Shown: positions 56,335 through 64,000 of the stretch, piece after piece | How the letters are laid out: the number at the start of each line of letters is the position of its first letter | How positions within the stretch are numbered: the stretch's first letter is position 1 | Assembly (NCBI GenBank): GCA_038321985.1 | Contig: JBBQFN010000006.1 | Span: 96,001 to 160,000, forward strand | Length of the DNA: 64,000 nt | DNA from: Cyanophyceae cyanobacterium | Lineage (GTDB): Bacteria; Cyanobacteriota; Cyanobacteriia; Cyanobacteriales; Laspinemataceae | Direction: 5' to 3' | Translations under genes and position numbers: made by a program | Notes under the pieces: generated by a model | What the model saw: the letters and a program-made list of their open reading frames with translations, nothing else | What the model was told of the DNA's origin: nothing | Databases searched by the model: none

Positions 56335-56964
56335 CTAATCAATGGAATCGGCTGTTTTTTCTAAGGCTTTACCGGAACGATTAAGGTCCTGCTTAACTTT
56401 AGACTTAACAGCGCCGGAGGCATTTTCAGCGGTGTTTTGAGCGCGATCGCTGAGCTTGTCTGCTTTCCGGCCTGCGGTTTTAGCGCCTTCCTTAATCGTT
56501 TCGCGGCCATTTTCCAATGCAGTTTCACTGGTTTCTCGGGCTAAATTTGCTCCAGCTTTAGCGTGTTTGCCCAATTCGTTCGCGGCATTTTGAGCGCGAT
56601 CGCCAAGTTTAGAGGCTTGTTGGGGGACTTCTTCAATGAAGTCTTTCAGGTCTTTGTCGGGATAGGTACGGGAATCGTCATTGATCCGACGTTCGGCCCG
56701 GTCCTTGAGTTCTTTTGCCTTAGTTTGAGCGCGTGAGGTCTCCTCTTGTCGGGGGTCGGTATCTGGATAGTCGTTCATTCCCCCTTCATAGGTTGAGTTG
56801 ACGTACTTCGAGGGCATTTCCTCTCTCACCTGGTCCGAAGTTTTGGCGAGGACAGAGGGGGTATTGCTACAAGCAGTCCCAACGAAGATTAGCATTCCTG
56901 CCATTAATCCGGTTAAAATTTGTCGAAGGCTAATATTTTTCAGCCAATTCATCACTTGATTCAT
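56335..56964 (-). CDS. Putative lipoprotein with LEA-like helical tail
   Basis: GTAC lipobox, YEGGMNDYPDTDPR, repeated KL(G/S)DRAQN(A/T)A. Confidence 0.7.
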   Translation of the reverse strand: MNQVMNWLKNISLRQILTGLMAGMLIFVGTACSNTPSVLAKTSDQVREEMPSKYVNSTYEGGMNDYPDTDPRQEETSRAQTKAKELKDRAERRINDDSRTYPDKDLKDFIEEVPQQASKLGDRAQNAANELGKHAKAGANLARETSETALENGRETIKEGAKTAGRKADKLSDRAQNTAENASGAVKSKVKQDLNRSGKALEKTADSID

Positions 56965-57368
56965 AGAAAACTCCTTTGAATTTCAGTAGCATTTTTGCCC
57001 CTTTTCCGTCTAAATTTCATCCGGGAAAAGCGGTTAGAGCGTACTTACACAATTGTTATTTTGAGAAAGTTAAATTTTTCTCCATGACTTATAGCTTAGA
57101 ATGCTGATGGCGATCGCAACCTCTACCGAAAGTATCATTTCTTACAGGTTTCCTTAAGGCTGCAAAAGTAGCGACAATAAACTCCTCAAGTGCTGGCTTG
57201 GGGGTCTGATGGATCAAAAATTTTCCCCTCCTGGGAGGATGCCATAGCACCCGCTGTATGAATTACCCTCCCCTTCACGGAGGGGGCGTGAATAGAAACA
57301 GCAGATGGACAAGCGATCGCTTGTCCATAAAGATTGCCCAGACTGAAAAAACCCAAAGGTTCCTAAAT

Positions 57369-57665
57369 TTAGGGGAGTGCAAAAGTAATACCTCCCGGTT
57401 GTGCCGGTTCGATGAGGATTTGCTCCACTTGACCCGGGGCCAAGTTAGGATGGGCTTGGAGCATCAGCGCCAGGAGCCTAGACACATAGGGGGTTGCTAT
57501 TGATGTTCCTCTATTAAATGGGTAGGTTTGATTCGGGTAGGTAGATTAAGACGTCAACTCCGGACCCGACGATCAAATCGAGGGTGAGGGACCAGCAGGG
57601 TTGGAAAATGTCCCTAACTCATGGTCTCGGTTGACTACACCTGTGGCGATCGCCAGATTGTTGCG
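57369..57665 (-). pseudogene. Frameshifted remnant of an S8 subtilase C-terminus
   Basis: LAIATGVVNRD..FSNPAG / IVGSGVDV / STYPNQTYPFNRGTSIATPYVSRLLALMLQAHPNLAPGQVEQILIE, matching the end of 57899-60208. Confidence 0.85.
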
Positions 57666-57898
57666 GCTTGTTAGACAAGTATAAATTTGGGGTTCGATTA
57701 TCTTTAGATTTTTTCTAAATTTATGATAAATCTTCCGGCTTTTAAATGCCTGGTGTTTACCCGGATTATTGGGAATACAGGGTGTATAAATTATATTATA
57801 TTCCCCAAAACTTGTTAATATTTAACCCGCTCAGATGTAGCTTTCTAAAGGAGGAGTATCAACAAGGAACTCAAGTGCTGAGGGTAGCGGTAAGGCGA

Positions 57899-60208
57899 CT
57901 AAACAATCAGTCTATCCCGGCTAGCGGTTTCAATGAGAATGCGTTCAACTTCAGCAGGGGTTAAGTTAGGATTGGCTTGCAACATCAAGGCGACGACTCC
58001 AGAGACAAAGGGGGCAGCCATTGAGGTGCCGTCAAAGGGAACATAAGTCTGATTGGGGGTGGTGGAACGGATGCCGACACCCGGCGCTACAACAAAATTA
58101 TAAGGGCCGAAGGCCGAACCCGCCGGATTGGAGAAGGATGCCACACGGCGATCGCGATCGACGGCCCCTACTGCAATTCCCAGTCCTTCTACAGCGCGAA
58201 TTGCAGGGTCTGCGGGTCCCGTCGCCCCCAGAGATGCATCATTTCCGGAAGCCATGACGGCGACTACTCCGCGATCGCGGGCAAAGCGCAATGCCTCGGC
58301 AATCCTTTCTGTGGGTGGTTCTCCGGGCAAATTCCCTAAGCTCAAATTCAGCACCCGTGCGCCATTGTCTACGGCATAGCGAATTCCGTTTGCTACGGCT
58401 ATCTCAAATTCATCGAAGGTTTGGCGATCGTCGAGGACTCGCACCGGCATCAAGGTTGCATTGTATGCCACCCCAGTTACATCAAACTCCAACCCCCCGT
58501 TTACAGTTCCATCTATTCCATTCCTCTGGGCACCCACAATCCCAGCTAGATGGGTAGCGTGACGTTCGCTGGGGCGGGAAAAGGAGGGATTGCCATCTCC
58601 ATCCACAAAATCATAGCCCTGAACATCATCGATAAAGCCATTCCCATCGTTATCTAAACCGTTGCTGGGAGTTTCATCCACATTTACCCAGAAATTTCCC
58701 TGGAGGTCCCGGTGAGTGAGGTCGATTCCGGTATCTAAAATGGCGACAACGACTCCCTCGCCGGTATATCCCCGATTCCAAACCGCCGGTGCACCGATCG
58801 CATCTAGGGCATAATTATTGGCGATCGGGTTAGCAACTGGGGGAAAGGGGGTGGGTTCTTCCAGTACCCGCGCAACGGCAGCCGCAGCATCTACTAACCC
58901 AAACCCATAGTTCGGGTCAAAAATAGGAGGGGGAATGTTTAAACTCCGGGTTTCTAAATTCGTCGGGGTATCGCTGGAAAGACTGAGTTGATAATTGGTC
59001 TCTCCCTCGACAGGTTTTACCCAAACCGAATAGGTTCCCGGTGCTAAGGCGCTGTGACTGATGGTTTCGGGTTGATTGCCTGGGGTGGTAGATTCTGCCA
59101 GAATTTGGGGTTTTTCATGGGAATTTTCGACTAAAAATAAGTCTACATCGGCAGTTAATCCATTAAGTTCGATCTCAATTGGGGCGGTGCTGTCTAGGAT
59201 AAATTGGTAAATATGGGGGGGGTTATCGGGTTCTAAAAAGTCATTCAGGAGAATTTCTGAGGAGAGAAAACCCAGGTCCTGGGGGTATAATTCTGGGTTT
59301 CCGATCACGGTGCTGGAGGAGTTGGAAGCGGCGACGGTAGACAGACTCAGATGATAGGAGGTTTCTCCCTTGGGGGCGGCGATCGCCACCTGGTAATCCC
59401 CGGGGTTTAAGCGCCAGTTGAGGAGTTTGGCGCGGGTTCCGGGTTCGGTATCTACCGCGATCGCCTCCGTGAGATCGAGCGTTCGGTTGCCGTCGCGGTC
59501 CTGATATAGGGTAACCTGGCTATCGGCACTGAGTCTACTTAAGAGTAAGCTCACTTGACTGGGAGTCTCCAGGCGAAAGCGGTAGAGTTGCGGTGAGTTT
59601 TCCAAGGCAACTGCCCTAGGTCGATTCTGGGTCCGCAGCACCCCCAGTTCCTGAATTTCGTGGAGGGCGACGACTGGGTTCGGTTCCGTTGCTGTACGGC
59701 CCTCGGATGCGCCGAATAGTAGATAATGTTCGACGGCGCTGATTTTTTCCGTTCTTACGAATGCAGCGACGTCGGGATGATGTGCTAAATAAAAGCCTGC
59801 ATCAAAATTAGGTCCGGGGGAACGCCCTTCCTGTTGTCCGGATTTGACAAAATGTTCGTAGGCGGTCAAGTAATCGCTGCTAACTGCTGTAGCAATATCC
59901 GGGTTGCGATCGAGATAGATATCGCTAAAAAATTCTGTAATCGGATCCCGATTTTCAAATTGCCCCGCATTGATGAAGTGTTGAAGGGCAGTCGTTTCTC
60001 CCCGACTCACTGCTGTGCTGACATCGGGATACAAGGCTAGATAAAAATTGGGCTCAAACCAAGCGCTGGGTTGGCGATTTTCAAATTGACCCGCCTCCAT
60101 GAAATGGTCTAATCCCCGGGTAAAAACGCCCGCAGTAACCGCCGCCATCACGTCCGGATTCTGGCTGAGATAATAGCTTTCGTCAAATAAGCTGGTGGCG
60201 TCTAACAC
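57899..60208 (-). CDS. S8 subtilisin-like protease with N-terminal repeats and two PPC-like domains
   Basis: ILDTG, HATHLAG, GTSMAAPFV triad motifs. Confidence 0.92.
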   Translation of the reverse strand: MLDATSLFDESYYLSQNPDVMAAVTAGVFTRGLDHFMEAGQFENRQPSAWFEPNFYLALYPDVSTAVSRGETTALQHFINAGQFENRDPITEFFSDIYLDRNPDIATAVSSDYLTAYEHFVKSGQQEGRSPGPNFDAGFYLAHHPDVAAFVRTEKISAVEHYLLFGASEGRTATEPNPVVALHEIQELGVLRTQNRPRAVALENSPQLYRFRLETPSQVSLLLSRLSADSQVTLYQDRDGNRTLDLTEAIAVDTEPGTRAKLLNWRLNPGDYQVAIAAPKGETSYHLSLSTVAASNSSSTVIGNPELYPQDLGFLSSEILLNDFLEPDNPPHIYQFILDSTAPIEIELNGLTADVDLFLVENSHEKPQILAESTTPGNQPETISHSALAPGTYSVWVKPVEGETNYQLSLSSDTPTNLETRSLNIPPPIFDPNYGFGLVDAAAAVARVLEEPTPFPPVANPIANNYALDAIGAPAVWNRGYTGEGVVVAILDTGIDLTHRDLQGNFWVNVDETPSNGLDNDGNGFIDDVQGYDFVDGDGNPSFSRPSERHATHLAGIVGAQRNGIDGTVNGGLEFDVTGVAYNATLMPVRVLDDRQTFDEFEIAVANGIRYAVDNGARVLNLSLGNLPGEPPTERIAEALRFARDRGVVAVMASGNDASLGATGPADPAIRAVEGLGIAVGAVDRDRRVASFSNPAGSAFGPYNFVVAPGVGIRSTTPNQTYVPFDGTSMAAPFVSGVVALMLQANPNLTPAEVERILIETASRDRLIV

Positions 60209-61120
60209 AATCTATTCTTCTAATCTTTTAAAGTGTCAGAAAAGAGGGTCCTATCTAGGGCGATCGCTCAATATTGGTGTCTAGTTTAATCTTACCATAT
60301 TTCTTTCTCTACTGTTTAATATGATGATTAGAGTTAGGGGAGTGCGGGAATGCCCCGGGGAATCCCCAAGGGGGCAACTATCCCCAATCGGATTACTCTT
60401 TCAGGAAATTTTTTATTGGATTTAGACGCGCTATAAAAGGGTAAAAATGGATTAAGCTAATTGATTTCTAAATTGCAACACAATGTAGTTTTCTGCCGCG
60501 CCCTAGTTAACAGTCCAGCCCAAGCAAGTCTCATAAGGAGGCGATTGTTAAGGAACTCGTTAATTGTTGTTCCTGGGGATGTCCAGTTTCTACCCCAATT
60601 TTGTTATCAAAGCTGGGATTTTTGCACCAGTGACTTAAGTCAGAACCCTCACCCCTATTAACGGTTAGTTTGACTGGGGGGGGGCAGGAAAGTACCGAGC
60701 ATTTTTTCTATTTTCATCAAATACTCTCTTGCTACAAAAAAGCATTTTTTCTCAATTATTGCTCTAATTTCCCTCTTTTTCACTGGATAATAGCCAGATT
60801 TTGTAGCCGGCAGGGAGCATTCCAATTTTTGATAGACGGAGATTTCTGGCCTGAAATAAAGGGGCGATCGCTTTACTCTATTTCTTATTCCAGAATACCC
60901 CCAATTTTATCTAAAATACTCACCTCAATTAAAAAAATATTCTAAAAAAAGGATAAAAGCTGGACAAAGTACCTCCCCGGGGGGATGACAAATGAAAAGG
61001 GAGACCGAATATCCGGCTCCCTTTTCTTTACCCTATCCAATAGGCCGAGGGTATGATTGAGATCACTTAAGGTCTAGATTCGTTTTAGAAAAGTGCGATC
61101 GCCCTCATGGAAGGAAGAGG

Positions 61121-62461
61121 CTAGAGAATCACATTCACCAATTCAGAGAAGTCAGTCACGGTTTTGATGGCGGTATCGGCAATAATTTGGTGACCGATCG
61201 TTGTGGGATGGACACCATCCCAAAACAGGAAAGTATCCGGGTCACTTCCGGGAGATTCTAGTGCAGGATCACTTACATTGGTCAATCCGTATCGACCCGG
61301 ATTGCTGACAGCATCATTAAACACAGTATTTACATCAACCAAAATAATATTAATATTCGGGTCTTGGTCTAAATTTGCCATTGCCGCTGCCAACGCTGTA
61401 TTATGAGCCGTTGAAAGTTGCGATAGCAGTTGTTGCGCTTCGGGTCCGCGACTTCTTACCCCGGGAGTGGCACCTATGTCCGGCAGGTTCATCACCATAA
61501 AATTGCGAGCACCATCGGCGGCAAGTTTAGTCACTGCACTCACTAAATTATTGACGGGGATATTTACATCGGTAATCCCGGCATTCAGATAATCATTAGA
61601 ACCCGCCCAGATCGTGTATAATCCATTGGGATTAGACCCAGGCGTTTGGTCGATAAAACTATCAATTTGCGTCTGCAATCCGGGTAAAGCTGGGAACAGC
61701 GGATTTGCCAAATTCAAAGAATTTACATCAGCACTCGTGGCACCCCCAAAGGCAATATTCGTCTGTGGGTTCACCTCTAATCCCAAACGAGACGGCAGAC
61801 GTTCAGCCCAGATAGGTCCATTACTAAACCGGCCATTGTCATAAAGCGGTTCCGGGGGGAATAGTCCCAGGGTTGAGGCAAACAAATTGCCATCATCGGA
61901 AAGACTATCTCCAAAATCATACACTTCATTAAATAAGCGTCGAGGAATGCGACCTTCAAATTGACCAAAGTTCACAAAATGGGAGATTGCTGTCGTCTCT
62001 CCTCTGGAAACTACTGCTGACACGTCAGGGTTTTGTTCTAAATAATAATTTGTATCAAAGAAGGCGATCGGGTTGCGACCTTCCTCCGCCCCGAATGAGA
62101 TATAGTGCATGAACAAACCCGTAACTGGATCTGGGCTTACCATTTCTACTACATCTGGATTCGTTTGGGCGTAAAAGTTGGGGTCAAAAAAAGGCACCGG
62201 AACCCGCCCTTCCTCTGCACCAAAATTAGTAAAATGGTCAAAAGCACTAAAGGTAGGGGAAACCACATTAACCACATCAGGGTTTTGGGCTAGGTAGTAA
62301 TCCGTCTGAAAAAAAGCACTGGGGTCGCGCTTTTCATGGTCTCCAAAGGTAAAAAAGTGCTGAGCACCACTACTAAATGTACCATTGGCAACAGCAGTGG
62401 CTACATCTGAATTTTTGGCTAAATAAAAACCTTCGTCAAAGAGAGTCGTTTCCGATAACAT
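61121..62461 (-). CDS. SGNH/GDSL hydrolase with N-terminal repeats
   Basis: FGDSLSD, GRFSNG, AFGGA, GSND, WDGVHP. Confidence 0.92.
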   Translation of the reverse strand: MLSETTLFDEGFYLAKNSDVATAVANGTFSSGAQHFFTFGDHEKRDPSAFFQTDYYLAQNPDVVNVVSPTFSAFDHFTNFGAEEGRVPVPFFDPNFYAQTNPDVVEMVSPDPVTGLFMHYISFGAEEGRNPIAFFDTNYYLEQNPDVSAVVSRGETTAISHFVNFGQFEGRIPRRLFNEVYDFGDSLSDDGNLFASTLGLFPPEPLYDNGRFSNGPIWAERLPSRLGLEVNPQTNIAFGGATSADVNSLNLANPLFPALPGLQTQIDSFIDQTPGSNPNGLYTIWAGSNDYLNAGITDVNIPVNNLVSAVTKLAADGARNFMVMNLPDIGATPGVRSRGPEAQQLLSQLSTAHNTALAAAMANLDQDPNINIILVDVNTVFNDAVSNPGRYGLTNVSDPALESPGSDPDTFLFWDGVHPTTIGHQIIADTAIKTVTDFSELVNVIL

Positions 62462-62782
62462 ATTTTGCAAGTTTTGAGAGTGATAGGGTTATCGTAACCT
62501 AGAACTATGGGGTTTCTAAAAGGTGGTTTCCTTAGGCGCTTAAGGGTATAAGTCAGCCCGGTGGGTCAGCCATCCTTGCGGCTTGAACAATCGGGAAGAG
62601 TGTCGCACCTTTCTGCAAGAGGTCTAATGAATTGAATTGATCCAACTATCTACTTAATTTCAGTTCTTGCAGGTAAAAAATCTGGGATGTTGGTATTCCC
62701 AGCTAGTTTCCCTTAATCTCTCCCGGTTGGATCAGCTTTTTGAAACTTCCAACAATACAACATTTCAATTGATAAGGGAGAA

Positions 62783-62803
62783 GGACAAGGCATTGCCTTG
62801 TCC
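62783..62803. repeat. REP-like palindrome
   Basis: GGACAAGGCA-T-TGCCTTGTCC. Confidence 0.6.
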
Positions 62804-62833
62804 CTAAGGGAAAAAAGGGACTGCCGTCCTAAT

Positions 62834-64000
62834 TTACAACTGAGAGGCTTGGCGATCGAGTCTCACTTGCAAACCGGACGCATCGGTACGGTAGACTAAG
62901 GTTCGATCGCCATTTTGTACGGTTACCTGCCAACCATTGACTAACGCTAAGAGGCAACTTTCATTGGCTTCACCTAAACCCAAACACCCATCACTCCAGG
63001 TTTCTTGTTTTGAAGAAACCACAGTAAAAGTGCCCGGTTGAATTCCGAAATCTCGCGAGATATTTTCTTCAATTGCCGTTGTAATCTGCGAGGGCAACAT
63101 CTCCTCTTCCTGGTCAGGATTGACGGCAAATTGCAGGCGAATGGTCGGAGTGCGATTGGCAACTTCTGCCGGATTTGCTTCCATATCCGCTTGGGTGTAA
63201 GGATCGACGCCGAAGGTAGTCACGGTAAGTTGTTGCGTTACAGGATCGATCGCAAATTCGGTCCAGCCATAATTATGACCGGAAAAATACGACCCTTGCA
63301 GCAATTGAGCATCAATTTCTGACCCTTCTAATCCCACTGGGTCATATCCTAAAGGTATGATCCGATTATCAATCACTTGACGCACAAAAGCATTCTTTTC
63401 GGCTTCATTGGTCATCGCCCGATAGCGGTCTTTTTCCGCAGGAGATAACAGGGCATCTGGGGTAAACGCTACGGTTGCAGGTCCAAATGGTGCGGCAAAT
63501 GGTCCTTGCCCGATATTCAACTGAATCGCCGCTGGACCAATCATCACATCAAATGCACCCGTTGGTTTTTGCGGTTGGCCTAATGCATCTTGATACGTTA
63601 CGTTGTTGACGACATTGCCATGAAAGTCTCCGGTGACGAAAACAACGTTACTAATATCGTTTTCATCAATAAACCGCAATAACTCTGTTCGTTCTGCCTC
63701 GAATCCTTCCCAACGTTCCCCAGAAACGGCTATTCCAAAGTGCTGCATTGGCACTGTAGACATGACAAACTTCCAAGTGATGCCTGCATTTTCAGCGGCC
63801 AATAAGTCATTTTTAAACTCCTGTAATTGAGCTTGACCTAAGATGGTGCGATTGGGTTCAAAGGAGTCTTGGAGATACGCGTTCACTTCTGCTGGGGAAG
63901 ACGTTTCGGGGAGAAAGCGCAGGGGTTTATCTCGGAACGATCGCAGGTCTAAAACAAAAGTAGCGGCATCGTTTCCGTGGACGTTGGACCGATAGAGTTT
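62834..64000 (-). CDS. phoD: PhoD-family alkaline phosphatase (5' partial) with C-terminal Cys-pair domain
   Basis: Frame open to the window edge: LDLRSFRD, TILG.AQL, WKFV, ERWEG, VVFVTGDFH. Confidence 0.85.
   Translation of the reverse strand, partial: KLYRSNVHGNDAATFVLDLRSFRDKPLRFLPETSSPAEVNAYLQDSFEPNRTILGQAQLQEFKNDLLAAENAGITWKFVMSTVPMQHFGIAVSGERWEGFEAERTELLRFIDENDISNVVFVTGDFHGNVVNNVTYQDALGQPQKPTGAFDVMIGPAAIQLNIGQGPFAAPFGPATVAFTPDALLSPAEKDRYRAMTNEAEKNAFVRQVIDNRIIPLGYDPVGLEGSEIDAQLLQGSYFSGHNYGWTEFAIDPVTQQLTVTTFGVDPYTQADMEANPAEVANRTPTIRLQFAVNPDQEEEMLPSQITTAIEENISRDFGIQPGTFTVVSSKQETWSDGCLGLGEANESCLLALVNGWQVTVQNGDRTLVYRTDASGLQVRLDRQASQL

Noticed and set aside
57258..57290. Stem-loop resembling an IS200/IS605 end
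   Set aside because: No tnpA/tnpB sequence or partner end nearby
1..64000. CRISPR array, DGR/retron, prophage or integrase-bounded island
   Set aside because: No regularly spaced repeats, reverse transcriptase, integrase or phage genes seen; no att or target-site duplication recognised around the R-M cassette

Overview
Cyanobacterial chromosomal window. Evidence: dense HIP1 GCGATCGC octamers, raf1, a cyanobacteriochrome GAF domain and cyanobacterial REP/STRR-type repeats. A filamentous Oscillatoriales-type host is inferred, not established. Most content is core or housekeeping: the murQ 3' end, raf1, a UvrD-like helicase, dhaK-dhaL, ggt, rimP-nusA-ylxR(rnpM)-infB, S2P and HtrA proteases, two hybrid histidine kinases, a radical SAM protein, TspO and SLH proteins. 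Accessory highlights: (i) a divergent DNA methyltransferase / XRE controller / PD-(D/E)XK nuclease cassette with non-canonical MTase motifs and a clear operator palindrome; (ii) a tandem array of three Ser/Thr kinases with conserved catalytic domains and divergent membrane C-termini, one collapsed by an in-frame deletion; (iii) a pore-less voltage-sensor-like membrane protein with a duplicated extracytoplasmic loop domain; (iv) a long structured leader and spacers in the rimP-infB operon; (v) adjacent S8 and SGNH hydrolases without signal peptides that share a 4x ~42-aa N-terminal repeat, next to PhoD and an unannotated S8 pseudogene. No CRISPR array, tRNA/rRNA, transposase, integrase or reverse transcriptase was recognised. 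All calls are from motif reading, with no database searches.
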